Virus record (IMG/VR): IMGVR_UViG_3300044560_000017
Strand: one strand, 5' to 3'
Origin: a virus
Length of the DNA stretch: 42,355 nt
The translations under genes were made by a program, and so were the position numbers. Below the pieces are notes generated by a model. It had not been told where the DNA came from, did no database searches, and saw only the letters and a program-made list of their open reading frames with translations. Of this stretch, positions 6,695 to 16,564 are shown in pieces (positions within the stretch are counted from its first letter, which is position 1; every line of letters starts with the position of its first letter).

Positions 6695-8815
6695 CTATTG
6701 GATTGCCGGCCGAACACTCACGGAAATATCAACGTCGGGGCTTGAGGGATCAAAGGCAAGGGTGTTGTCCTTGCCACCGTCTAGCATGAAAAACGTCGAG
6801 TCCGGTGTAATTAGATAGTCGGCCGGTTCGTTATTCAGGAACACATGCCCGGTGTCGCAGTTAATATGCAGCTCGTCACCGGCATGGAAAACCTGTTGGT
6901 CAAAGTCGGACAAGTCACTATTTCCGGTAGCGCTTTGGTCGGGAATGGTGGTGCTGTCCCCAGAACTTGCAGCAGTGTCGGGCTTGACCGGGTTAACCGG
7001 GTTCGAGTCGGTGCCGTAAATTGCTTTGCCGGCAGTGTCATAGTAAGCCGCATAACGTCGGCCACCGGAGTAACTAATGTAACTCAGCCAGTAGTAGCCG
7101 TTTTGGAACACCTTGCGGTCATAGTAAACGGATTGCCCGGCGGCGTACGTAGCGGCGACTGAGCCACTAGTGTCTGGGCTATTGCGGACGTTGACGTTGG
7201 CGTTAAACTTGAACGTCCCCTTGGCTTCAATTGAGTAGCCTTCTGGGGTCGAACCTGGTGCCGGTGGAATGCCGTTAGAACTGGCCGTCCCTGAGCCACC
7301 TGTTGTGGTTGCCCCAGTAGTTTTAGCCGGTGCCGGTGCGTCTAGCAGCTCTTCAACCTTGTAATCGGTAATCGTCTGGAAGACGTTTTTGTAGGCAACC
7401 TTGGCCTTATCTTCGGTGATGTCGTGCTTGGCCGTGAAGAACGCAATGCTTCCCAGGTCAAAGTCGAACTTGCAATCAGTGTCAACGAACGTGACCCGAT
7501 CCTTGCCGAAATGAACCCCACTGTCCATGTAAGTCGCCGTTTTTGGGTCCCATTGGTCAATGGCATAGCCCCAGTTGATCGCGGTGGTGCCGTCGGCTTG
7601 CTTGACGTACTGCTTAACGATACTGAACTGGCCGAAGAAGTCAGAGAACGCGTCAACCATCTGGTTGTTGTCCAGGTACTTGGTGGCTTTCTTATACTTG
7701 ACCGCGACCGTTTCGTGATTACTGCTGTGAGCCAGACTCATGGCAGAACCATAGTACAGGTTCTTGTAGTCCACACCCTCAGTACCATCAGCGAAATTAC
7801 TGCCCAGTTGAACGTAGGCCTGCGGGTAACCACCACCCTTAACGTCCTTGAGGCCAATTCGCCCGCACGTCCGTTGCTTGGTGTCCAGAATGTAAACCTC
7901 AACCTTAGCCATAGCCCGGTAGTTGTGCGCACCGCTGTACTTACTGTGGTGTAGTCGGACTGATAGTTTCCAGTTCTTTGGCGAGTACGGCAATGCTTGG
8001 TGAAGCTCACCGGGGCCGTACCATTGTTCGTGGGTATTGACCTTACCAAAGTTGTAAGTTCCGTCAGAGTTCTTGGCTACCCGCAGAGAGGCGTCGGTTG
8101 AGGCCATTGCCCCGTCAATGTCGAGGTTGATGGTGCTAACCGGGTTCGCGTTCTCTTTAATCGCAGTCCACGTTGAGAGCGTAGTGCAGGGGTCGTGAAC
8201 TAGCATTCGGGTCTTGTCGTCGCTGCTCGTCCCGTCGCTGCCAGAATCAACGTCGGCGTCGCCACCTAGTTGGATAAACTCAGTGGATTGCTCGCCCGTG
8301 TCTTTAAGCACGGTGAACGTCTTCACGTCCTTGTTGAACGTAGCAACAATGATCGCGCCAACGGGCGTGTTTCCCTTAACAGGTAGCACCGCCGTGGTCG
8401 AGGCGTCGGCAACGTCCCAGTCTTGCTGCTCAAGGAACCCGCGCGGGTCTGAGCAAACAAAGGTGATAGTTGACGACCAATCAGAAACACCGTCGTTTAG
8501 CGGCTCGGGGTCACTAATCTGCGTAATGTGGGCGTAGAACGTATAGCCCGGCAGGTCGTCGAACGTCAACGGGTACTCAGTACCACGTTCCTCTTGCGGG
8601 TCAATGAATGCAGCAGAAAGCTCACGAATTTTTTGCTCGGCCAGTTGACCACCAGCCACCGAGTACAGTTGCGAATACGGCGTTAGGTAGTAGACCGGAA
8701 CGTTGATGGTCAACGCCCCATAAGACGACCCCTGATACACGGGGCCGTAACGGGCAGGAATGACCTGCGAACTTTCTGTGATTGCAGGGGTGACCGGCAA
8801 TAGTACCTTGCCCAT
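6695..8815 (-). CDS. Distal tail protein (Dit), enlarged form with inserted/C-terminal binding domains including an SH3b-like module
   Basis: Position between TMP and Tal. 706 aa, much longer than a minimal Dit. ANVNVRNSPDTSGSVAATYAAGQSVYYDRKVFQNGYYWLSYISYSGGRRY is SH3b-like. Confidence 0.78.
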   Translation of the reverse strand: MGKVLLPVTPAITESSQVIPARYGPVYQGSSYGALTINVPVYYLTPYSQLYSVAGGQLAEQKIRELSAAFIDPQEERGTEYPLTFDDLPGYTFYAHITQISDPEPLNDGVSDWSSTITFVCSDPRGFLEQQDWDVADASTTAVLPVKGNTPVGAIIVATFNKDVKTFTVLKDTGEQSTEFIQLGGDADVDSGSDGTSSDDKTRMLVHDPCTTLSTWTAIKENANPVSTINLDIDGAMASTDASLRVAKNSDGTYNFGKVNTHEQWYGPGELHQALPYSPKNWKLSVRLHHSKYSGAHNYRAMAKVEVYILDTKQRTCGRIGLKDVKGGGYPQAYVQLGSNFADGTEGVDYKNLYYGSAMSLAHSSNHETVAVKYKKATKYLDNNQMVDAFSDFFGQFSIVKQYVKQADGTTAINWGYAIDQWDPKTATYMDSGVHFGKDRVTFVDTDCKFDFDLGSIAFFTAKHDITEDKAKVAYKNVFQTITDYKVEELLDAPAPAKTTGATTTGGSGTASSNGIPPAPGSTPEGYSIEAKGTFKFNANVNVRNSPDTSGSVAATYAAGQSVYYDRKVFQNGYYWLSYISYSGGRRYAAYYDTAGKAIYGTDSNPVNPVKPDTAASSGDSTTIPDQSATGNSDLSDFDQQVFHAGDELHINCDTGHVFLNNEPADYLITPDSTFFMLDGGKDNTLAFDPSSPDVDISVSVRPAIQ

Positions 8816-8883
8816 GACTAGGCCCAGGTCATCGTTGGTCTTGCCCTTGTATGAAAAACCGTTACCTTTGATAATAAGACCCC

Positions 8884-11800
8884 CTAGCCTCGTTTGTTTG
8901 CGTCAAGTTGGTAATGCCGGCTCTTCTCGCCGTTGTAGGCATTGTAGACTGCCCGCGAACTGATACCAGTTGGTTTCTGAGCAACCAGTGTCATGAAGTC
9001 CGTCATCAAGCCAATCAACTTATCAAGTTTATTATTAATTGTGGAAGTATCTGCCGCAACGCTTTGCGGCGCGGTTTGGCGGTTTAATGCAGAGTCCTGA
9101 TTGGCGAACTGTGCAGCCACCTTACCGATAATCTCCCAGCCACGTGAACGCTTGGTCATGTCCAATGGCACAATAGCCTCGGGGTGGTTGTGTTCGGCAA
9201 CTTCAATCATTTGATGACGGCTGACAATCCCACCGTTTTCGTACCGGCGGTGTCCTTGAGGCCCAGAGTGCAGCCAGTCGGCTTTCCGGGTTCCCCAGAT
9301 TGTTGTCATACCAATAGCCTTTTTCCAGTCAGAGTTGTTAAAGAACGCAAGTAACTGGTCGTAAGGTTCCATGATGTTGGTGTGTCCCTTGACGGCGTAA
9401 GCCTTAAAGGTTGGTGGTGTGTATTGCAGAATGCCTCGCGCCTCGTTACCACCAGAGTTAACGTCGTGAATTTGTTGCTTGATGTTTCGGCCACCAGATT
9501 CGGACTGAATAACGGCTTGCAGCAGCTTAATGTAAGCGTCAGACGGGTTGACGTGCATAGCCTCGGCCGCCTTTTTAATCATGCTTACAGAGTAAGTGCC
9601 ACCACCAGAACCAAAGTCGGGGGCAACCAGTGGGGCGAGGTGCTTGGCAATAAAGTCAAACACACCGCTACCCAGTTGACTCTTTACCAGCTTTTGCAGG
9701 GCACCACTTGCTTTTGGCGTCTTGCTCTTGCTGTCGTCACTCTTCACAGAGCTGCTCTTGATTTTGGTAGGGTCAAGCCAACCGGCAGTAGACGAACCAC
9801 CAATGCTGAACATTTTGTGTTTAGTAGCACCAACGTGAACGTGCGTTCCGCTAGGCCCCAGAACCGCGATGGCTTGGCCGGCCTTGACGTGATCGCCCTT
9901 GCCGACTAAGAACTTGGCACCAGAGTTGTACTTGCCGTTCAATTCTTGGTAGATGTAGTTAAGACCACCGCCACCAATAACAAGGTTTTGACCGATACCA
10001 GAGGCACCACCCCAACCTGCGGGCGCGCCACCTTCACGCAGAACAGTACCGGTGTTCATGGCGTGCACGGTCTTAGCACCAGAGAAGTCAACACCATCAT
10101 GGCTACTGAAACCACCGCTGACGGCGCCCCGGTTACCGAAGCCGGACGTAACCCGCCAACCAGCACCAGGACTATGCGTAACTGGCCCTCCGGCGTCTCC
10201 GCCAGCATTAATAGCCGAATTAATCATGTCCCAGGCGGCAGACCACCATGACTTGACTTGCTTAACCAGGTTGCCCTTGAACATGCCAGCCAAGCCCTGT
10301 TGGACATCACCGGCAATGTTGCGGAAGTTCAGCTTACTGGTGAAGAACGACTTCAAGCTGTCTACGGGGTGAGCCGCAATCTTACCGGCAGTTGAAATCA
10401 TTGATTTAAACGAGCCAAGCGCATTCTTGGCCCAGTCAATGGCACCACCGGCTTTTTGACCGAGCCAACTAGCAGCGGAACCCAGGGCGCTACCAATGCC
10501 ACTGAGAATGCCAGTACCGTTGGCAAAGTGGCGTACCCCAGCACGGCTCATGAGTCCTGCGGTTTCGGACGCCGTAAAGACTTCGGTGTGGGCCGGAACT
10601 ATGCCCGTCCAGTTACGCTGAGTTGGCATGAAGCTACTGCCATCAGGTAAAACGGCCAGTTCACGGTTCCCCGTTGCAGGGCTGTCGTTACCGTCGTTCA
10701 GGGTTGCCAGAGTTGGCTTAGTGATCGGGTTGCGGCGTCCCGCGCCGGCCCCAGTACCTTGAGCGTAGTGCGTGGAAAGTAGGCCGATAGTGTGCTTCTT
10801 ACCCCCGAACTTGGAAATAACCCAGTTAATTGCCCTAATACCAGCATTAATAACCTTGGCAACCGCACCTAATCCTCGACCAACCTTTTTCTTGATTGAT
10901 GTCCAGATGTTACCGGTGAACTTAGCAACCGCGTTCCAGATTTTTTTCCAGTAACTTTGGATATTGCCGAGCCACTTGTGTACGGTGTGGTAAATCGCCT
11001 TGACCGGCTTACTGACGTACTTTTTAATCCGTTTCCATGCGGACGAGGTGGCATGCTTGATGGTTGACCAAGCGCCCTTCACCGCGTGAACGACCGCGCG
11101 AACAATGTACTTGTTAACCGCCGAACGAACCCTTTTGACCGGTTTAATAACATGCTTTTCAACGGCTTTCCATGCGGACGAGGTGGCGTGCTTAATACCT
11201 GACCAAGCAGAGCGAACGACCTTGGAAATGCCCCTAGCGATATGGCCGACAGTCTTAGAGATACCGCCCCATACCTTCCGGGTGATTTTGCCGACTGACC
11301 TGAATACCTTAGACGTGACAGACTTAATACCCTTCCATGCAGAACGGACGGCTTTACCAGCAGCCCTAGATACGCGGGAAATGGTTTTGCCAATTGGTTT
11401 CCAGAGCTTGGCCGAAATCTTTGCGACAGCACCAAATACCTTAGACGTGACAGACTTAATGCCCTTCCATGCAGAGCGGACGCCTTTGCCAACAGCCTTG
11501 GCAACGGAAATAATTGGTTTCTTGATTTTCTTGAACGCGATAACTGCAAGACCAACCACCAACGCAATTGGAATCACAATTGCCATTTTAAGAGCGCCCT
11601 TGATAAACTTTCCGGCACCCTTAAAAATGTTGGCAACGCTCTTGATTGCCTTTGAGGCACCCTTTACTAATGGCTTAAAGAAATTGCCAACGTGCTTAAA
11701 CCCTTTACCAAACGCGGTTTTCCAGCGCTTGACACCTTTGCCAATAGACTTGCCGACGTTAGAAACGGATTTTCCGATTGACTTTTCCCAACCGAGCTTG

Positions 11801-14394
11801 CCGGCAAAGGCGTTGGCCAGACTCTTGCGCCAGCTCTTGGCGTTCTTTTGAATCAGGGTACCGACTTTGCCGCCACCCTTTTCGCCAAGCCAACTACCTG
11901 CGGCCGCACCAACGGCGGTGCCGACACCAGGCAGAATCATGCTACCGATAACGCCACCGGCAGTACCACCGGCCAAGCTACCGCCAGCTTGACCAACCTT
12001 GCGGCCAGCGTTCTTCTTGTTGATACCGATCAGGTCAGTGGCCGACAGTGCAACACTCAGCGGTGACGCGTGCAGTGCACTCTTGGCACCAGACTTGGCC
12101 AGGCCTTTAAGGCCGCCGCCACCATCTTTGGCAATTGCTCTGATACCGGCCAGAGCGCCTTTACCAGACTTCAAACCGCCAAGTAATCCCTTGCCGTCTT
12201 TCAGCCCAGTGAATAGGTTCTTGAAGTTGACCTTCTTGAAACCACCCTTGAGAACGTCTTGAATTTTCTTAAGGGCCTTTCCTAGTGGCGTGAGCTTTCG
12301 GGCGGCACCCTCGGCGTCAGTGCCCAGGCCAAGCAATTTCTTGCCCCAGCCGGACGCTTTACTTACACCCTTGAGCAGACCAGAAACTGGCCGCAATACC
12401 AGGGTCAACGCTTTAAACGCTCCATTCATGAGAATGGTCGAAGCAATCATGTCACCGAATAGCTTGGGGTGCTTGGCCGCAAAGTTACCGACAATTTGCA
12501 GGACAGGTAGTAACGCTTTGAGTGTTGCCACAAAGACCTTGAGACTGTCTGAGCTAATCTGTGAGAAAATCTGGAAGAAGCCCTTGATGTCCTTGGCGTG
12601 AGCGGCGATTGAATTGGACAGTTTTGTGATGGTCTTGGCTAGACCATTCATGAAGCCGTCCATCGCCTTAGGAACGGACTTGATGTTGAAAGCCTTGGCA
12701 AACGCCTTGGTAATCGTGTTGAAACCACGGGTCGCCGCAGTCCCAACCTTAGTGAACTCTTTTTCGGTATGCTTGTCGGAAACCCACTTGGAAACGGCCC
12801 CCAGAATAGGGTTCTCAGCTTTCATGAATGGCTTTTCGATGTCACCGAGTAGAGCCGGCACCCGCGCCTTGATTACACGTTCCATACCGGGCAACGTCTT
12901 CATAAGGTTTTCGGACGCGTCACTGTACTTTTTACCAAGTTGGTTCATGACATTTTCGGCGTCCTTGGCTGAAATCTTACCCGCAGACATTTGTTTGCGC
13001 AGTTGGGACATGGTGAGTTTAGAGTTTTTCTGAACTCTTTGCTCGTACTTGAGTAGGGCTTTCCCGTACATTGGTAGAGCGTCCGTGATGTGGTTGAAGT
13101 CACCGACCTGCATTTTTGAGCTACTCATCATATGAGTAAAGTTCAGACCCAAGTTCTTGGTATTCTCAGAGGTCATACCTACGGCGTCGGACATAGTGAG
13201 AACTGACTTGGTAAGGCGTTCAGTAGGTTTCTGCTTGTCCAAAACGTGATAGAATTGCTGGTTCAGTTCATCAGTAACATCAACGTCTTGACCCATTGCA
13301 ACACTGAGCCGGTTGGTGGTATCAACCATGGCTTGGCCGGCCTTAGCCGAACCGGCCAGAGTCGTCCAGGTAGCCAACATTTTCTGTTGGGTCTTGTCGT
13401 ACTCGGCACCAGCGTGAATAGCTTCGTTGATGTGCGTAGTAATCGCGTTCCAGGCTCCAATTGCGGCATTGGCGGCAATCGTGCCCCCAAAAATCTTACC
13501 GAACAGGTGACTGGTCTTTTGAGTGCGCTCGTTCACGCGCTCGATTGAAGACCGTAGCCGATTGATACCCGTGGGCCGGATTTTTTCTTGGCTACTTTGC
13601 ACGCGGCTAATCGAAGACCGCAACTTGGCCATACTGGTAGCCGTCTCATTGACCCGGATTTTCTGCCGGTTCAGATCGGAGTTGGCCCCACTAAGCTGAG
13701 TCTTGTACTTTTCAACCGCACGGGCAGCCGTAGCATACTCATCGGTATTTTGCTTGCCCGCAGTGTCCAGAGACTTGAGGGCCGCCTTGGACTTCTCATA
13801 TGACGCGCGCAAGTCGTCCACACGGGCTTGATACTGCTTAAGTTCGGTAGTTTGCTTGCGGCGCAATGAGCTAGACTTACTGAGCGTAGACTGGTAGCCC
13901 TTGGCTTCGGCAGACAGGGCCTTGTACTCTTTCCCCTCGGCCCGAAGTCGGGCCACACTTGACTTGGTAAGGTCATTGTTACTCTTGATACTGCGTTGCA
14001 GTGCAATCACGCCGGACTTGTACCCGGTAAGTGATTGCTTGGACTTATCTTGTTGACGGGTCAGGGACGCAATGCGCGTCTCCGTCCGGTTAATCTGGGC
14101 TTGATACTTGGCATACTGCCGCGCACCTTCTTGGGTAGTTTGGTCAAGCCCTTTCTGCTTATCGCGCAGTGCAGAGATAACATCTCGGTTAGCTTTGATA
14201 GTTCGGCTCAAGCCGGTGTACTTGGTCTCAGCCGCCTTGACGTACTCGCCTGTTGACTTGAGGGCGGCACTCTGGGCCTTCCATGAAGTCGTCACGGACG
14301 ACACAACACTGCGCAAATTCTTAAGTGATTTAGACGTTTGCAAAGTATCAAGGTAGACCTCGGTACTCATTTGCGCGTCAATTTTTTTAACCAC
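8884..14394 (-). CDS. Tape measure protein (1836 aa) with embedded M23 peptidase and lytic transglycosylase domains
   Basis: Size, coiled-coil N-terminus and Gly-rich TM-like core. HDGVD...HVHV (M23 HxxxD/HxH) and IQSESGGRN...GILQYTPPTF (SLT-like). GTG start with AAAGGGG SD. Confidence 0.95.
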   Translation of the reverse strand: MVKKIDAQMSTEVYLDTLQTSKSLKNLRSVVSSVTTSWKAQSAALKSTGEYVKAAETKYTGLSRTIKANRDVISALRDKQKGLDQTTQEGARQYAKYQAQINRTETRIASLTRQQDKSKQSLTGYKSGVIALQRSIKSNNDLTKSSVARLRAEGKEYKALSAEAKGYQSTLSKSSSLRRKQTTELKQYQARVDDLRASYEKSKAALKSLDTAGKQNTDEYATAARAVEKYKTQLSGANSDLNRQKIRVNETATSMAKLRSSISRVQSSQEKIRPTGINRLRSSIERVNERTQKTSHLFGKIFGGTIAANAAIGAWNAITTHINEAIHAGAEYDKTQQKMLATWTTLAGSAKAGQAMVDTTNRLSVAMGQDVDVTDELNQQFYHVLDKQKPTERLTKSVLTMSDAVGMTSENTKNLGLNFTHMMSSSKMQVGDFNHITDALPMYGKALLKYEQRVQKNSKLTMSQLRKQMSAGKISAKDAENVMNQLGKKYSDASENLMKTLPGMERVIKARVPALLGDIEKPFMKAENPILGAVSKWVSDKHTEKEFTKVGTAATRGFNTITKAFAKAFNIKSVPKAMDGFMNGLAKTITKLSNSIAAHAKDIKGFFQIFSQISSDSLKVFVATLKALLPVLQIVGNFAAKHPKLFGDMIASTILMNGAFKALTLVLRPVSGLLKGVSKASGWGKKLLGLGTDAEGAARKLTPLGKALKKIQDVLKGGFKKVNFKNLFTGLKDGKGLLGGLKSGKGALAGIRAIAKDGGGGLKGLAKSGAKSALHASPLSVALSATDLIGINKKNAGRKVGQAGGSLAGGTAGGVIGSMILPGVGTAVGAAAGSWLGEKGGGKVGTLIQKNAKSWRKSLANAFAGKLGWEKSIGKSVSNVGKSIGKGVKRWKTAFGKGFKHVGNFFKPLVKGASKAIKSVANIFKGAGKFIKGALKMAIVIPIALVVGLAVIAFKKIKKPIISVAKAVGKGVRSAWKGIKSVTSKVFGAVAKISAKLWKPIGKTISRVSRAAGKAVRSAWKGIKSVTSKVFRSVGKITRKVWGGISKTVGHIARGISKVVRSAWSGIKHATSSAWKAVEKHVIKPVKRVRSAVNKYIVRAVVHAVKGAWSTIKHATSSAWKRIKKYVSKPVKAIYHTVHKWLGNIQSYWKKIWNAVAKFTGNIWTSIKKKVGRGLGAVAKVINAGIRAINWVISKFGGKKHTIGLLSTHYAQGTGAGAGRRNPITKPTLATLNDGNDSPATGNRELAVLPDGSSFMPTQRNWTGIVPAHTEVFTASETAGLMSRAGVRHFANGTGILSGIGSALGSAASWLGQKAGGAIDWAKNALGSFKSMISTAGKIAAHPVDSLKSFFTSKLNFRNIAGDVQQGLAGMFKGNLVKQVKSWWSAAWDMINSAINAGGDAGGPVTHSPGAGWRVTSGFGNRGAVSGGFSSHDGVDFSGAKTVHAMNTGTVLREGGAPAGWGGASGIGQNLVIGGGGLNYIYQELNGKYNSGAKFLVGKGDHVKAGQAIAVLGPSGTHVHVGATKHKMFSIGGSSTAGWLDPTKIKSSSVKSDDSKSKTPKASGALQKLVKSQLGSGVFDFIAKHLAPLVAPDFGSGGGTYSVSMIKKAAEAMHVNPSDAYIKLLQAVIQSESGGRNIKQQIHDVNSGGNEARGILQYTPPTFKAYAVKGHTNIMEPYDQLLAFFNNSDWKKAIGMTTIWGTRKADWLHSGPQGHRRYENGGIVSRHQMIEVAEHNHPEAIVPLDMTKRSRGWEIIGKVAAQFANQDSALNRQTAPQSVAADTSTINNKLDKLIGLMTDFMTLVAQKPTGISSRAVYNAYNGEKSRHYQLDANKRG
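11030..11485 (-). repeat. Internal ~132-135-bp periodic repeats within the tape measure gene
   Basis: Near-identical segments at 11032-11073 vs 11167-11208 and at 11303-11350 vs 11435-11482. Protein repeats VRSAWKGIKSVTSKVF / AWS.IKHATSSAWK. Confidence 0.75.
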
Positions 14395-14424
14395 TGTGAT
14401 ACACCCCTTTCTTAGCGACTTCCT

Positions 14425-14648
14425 CTATCCCATAGCCCGCAACTGTTTCAGGAATGCTGCGGGGTCAACAACTGGCCGGTCTTTCTCAGGACGGGCTAAA
14501 AGCACATCGTTGAAGCGATAGAAGTCTTGGTCGTCAAAGTCTTCTGGGGTCATGTGCATGTTAATGAGGGCTTGTTGCGCATTGTAGTCAAATTCTTCAA
14601 TTTGATTGGACAGCTCGTTAACTTGCCGGCGCGCTTTTATTTTTTTTC
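14425..14648 (-). CDS. -1 frameshift extension of the tail assembly chaperone (gpT-like part of a G-T fusion)
   Basis: A8 run at 14640-14647. The -1 frame is open for 71 further codons (KIKARRQVNELSNQIEEFDYNAQQALINMHMTPEDFDDQDFYRF...LRAMG) up to TAG at 14425-14427, just before the TMP start. Confidence 0.65.
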
Positions 14649-15017
14649 GGTGTCACTCAATTCTGAATTGTCGGTAGATTCTTTCTTTTGAGCGTCTTCC
14701 ACTTCGGTGATGTCTTGGTGTTGGATACCTGCGATAATCGTCTGAATCAACTTGCCGGTTTCATCAGTTGTCAAGTCACCCAGAGCGTGCTTTTCCTTGG
14801 TCTTAAGCCGCAGCATGTCGGTGATGTAGTCAGTCATGGCTTGGTTGGCTTCAATAGCGGCGTCCAGCATGTCCATGTCGCTGGCGTCATCGGGCATAGC
14901 TTCAACCTTGAGCAGTTGCTTTTGAATAACCAGCGTTTTTTGGAAGTTGCGGTTGGATTCTTTAATCTCAACGGGTTCTTTGATACCTAAAACTTTTGCA
15001 TTTACCTTAACTGTCAT
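14637..15017 (-). CDS. Tail assembly chaperone (gpG-like)
   Basis: Position between the major tail and TMP genes. Acidic 126 aa. Ends in the slippery run GAA AAA AAA TAA. Confidence 0.8.
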   Translation of the reverse strand: MTVKVNAKVLGIKEPVEIKESNRNFQKTLVIQKQLLKVEAMPDDASDMDMLDAAIEANQAMTDYITDMLRLKTKEKHALGDLTTDETGKLIQTIIAGIQHQDITEVEDAQKKESTDNSELSDTEKK

Positions 15018-15056
15018 AATTTATGACCTCGCTTTTAGAATTTTTGTTTACACCAG

Positions 15057-15086
15057 AAAAAAGGCAACCGCGTCAGTGCGATTGCC
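15057..15086 (-). terminator. Intrinsic terminator/attenuator just after the major tail protein gene
   Basis: Minus strand ggcaatcgc-actgac-gcggttgcc followed by T6. Confidence 0.55.
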
Positions 15087-15106
15087 AATTTCTGAACTAT
15101 TAGAGT

Positions 15107-15766
15107 CTAGGCGCTCTTACCGTCCCCTGAATCGGACGTTTGCGAGCCAGAACCACCAGCAGGGGTGGTGTCGGTCGTGTCACTAGCACCTGGGAAAATT
15201 TCATCAATCAAGTTCTTATCGGTGAAACCTTCATCAGCGGCGTAGTACGTCTTCATCATGTGCCCGTTTGAACCAGCCAATGGGTTGTACGTCAATGCGT
15301 CTGCAACCCGTGATTGGTTTTCATTGGACGTTTGCAGGTTCTTGTCGCCCTGGGTCATGTTCCCATCGTAGAAGCAGTAATGAATTTCATTACCAGCTAA
15401 ATCGGAACTGATCAAGTCCATGGCGATATGGGGGAGAACGCCGGACGCATTATCTAAGTAACCGCCCTTACCGTCTGATTCTTCACCCAACGCCTTTTCC
15501 AAAATTTCATGCGGCAAGTTGTTGAAGCTGGCCGCAACACTTGGTTGTGACTTACCAACAGATTGGTCTTGCAGAATGTCGTTACCCCAAACCTTGGTAA
15601 CACTTGGTGCAATACCAGTAATGTTTGCTTCACTCAGACCTTGTGCAACCCGGCCGCGAGCGTCAAAAATACCATTCTCTGAGAACCCGTCTTCACCAGC
15701 AATAACCTTACCAGTCTTGGGGTCAATTAAGGCCATTCGCAGACCTTTGATACCAACAGTAGCCAT
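15107..15766 (-). CDS. Major tail protein
   Basis: MATVGIKGLRMALIDPKTGKVIAGEDG... is typical of phi13-type major tail proteins; gene position. Confidence 0.88.
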   Translation of the reverse strand: MATVGIKGLRMALIDPKTGKVIAGEDGFSENGIFDARGRVAQGLSEANITGIAPSVTKVWGNDILQDQSVGKSQPSVAASFNNLPHEILEKALGEESDGKGGYLDNASGVLPHIAMDLISSDLAGNEIHYCFYDGNMTQGDKNLQTSNENQSRVADALTYNPLAGSNGHMMKTYYAADEGFTDKNLIDEIFPGASDTTDTTPAGGSGSQTSDSGDGKSA

Positions 15767-15776
15767 TTATAACACC

Positions 15777-16145
15777 TCAAATTAATTTATTTTTTGCAAC
15801 GTAGATAACCTTGGTCGTTTGCCCCGTGTCAGGGTCAATCGAATGGGCGCGCGCCGTTGTAATACGCCAGCCCTTAGATTCAAGCTCTTTCATGAGTTGA
15901 ATTTCTAGGTCACCAACGTCTTGGTCAAAACTCAACGAGTAGAAAATTTCAATCTCAACGCCGTACGTGGCGGCATTAAAAGTATCGTTTCCCCACACAT
16001 TAAGCTCCGTCGTCGACTCGGTGACTAGTGCTATCGTGTCCGTGGTATTTGCGCTCGCGTCTTCGGGCAGTAACCCGGTGTACACGGCGTTTATCCATGG
16101 GACACTCTCAAGAATTTTGCTGACTTCGATCGTGGGTAGTGCCAT
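15777..16145 (-). CDS. Tail terminator / tail-completion protein (hypothetical by sequence)
   Basis: Gene order. Start trimmed to ATG 16145 (MALPTIEV...) because the track extension overlaps the upstream gene. Confidence 0.6.
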   Translation of the reverse strand: MALPTIEVSKILESVPWINAVYTGLLPEDASANTTDTIALVTESTTELNVWGNDTFNAATYGVEIEIFYSLSFDQDVGDLEIQLMKELESKGWRITTARAHSIDPDTGQTTKVIYVAKNKLI

Positions 16146-16146
16146 T

Positions 16147-16560
16147 TCAGTCACCCCACTTTCTACGGACAAGCTCTTGATACTTGGCCGCTTCGGCAGC
16201 AATAACTTTATTCTTTGCGTCCTGACGAGCAACATCAACAAAGTGGTCGCCCCGGATACGCTTAGTCCCGTCATTTAGGAACCGGGCAATGTACGCTTTG
16301 TTGACGGTGAACCCCACCGTGCTGGCACCGGTCTTGTCGCCGTCAATGTCAGTTCGCTGGTAGGTCACAGCGTCCGCAAGGTGAGTGTCGTCCTGACCGG
16401 TAACGCGAACCCGGTAGTGCTTGCGTTTGGTCGTATCTCGCAAGTGGTAGGACAACACCTTAGCCCCGGCTCCCGTAACAGTCGCAGTTTCCGAAGGCGT
16501 CAAGTGAACGGTTTGCTGCACGTTGTCTAGCCAAGTCGTCAATGCTTTACTTAGGTCCAT
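16147..16560 (-). CDS. HK97 gp10-like head-tail joining / tail-completion protein
   Basis: Gene order and ...NKAYIARFLNDGTKRIRGDHFV... Start trimmed to ATG 16560 with AAGGGGGG SD. Confidence 0.72.
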   Translation of the reverse strand: MDLSKALTTWLDNVQQTVHLTPSETATVTGAGAKVLSYHLRDTTKRKHYRVRVTGQDDTHLADAVTYQRTDIDGDKTGASTVGFTVNKAYIARFLNDGTKRIRGDHFVDVARQDAKNKVIAAEAAKYQELVRRKWGD

Positions 16561-16564
16561 GCGG

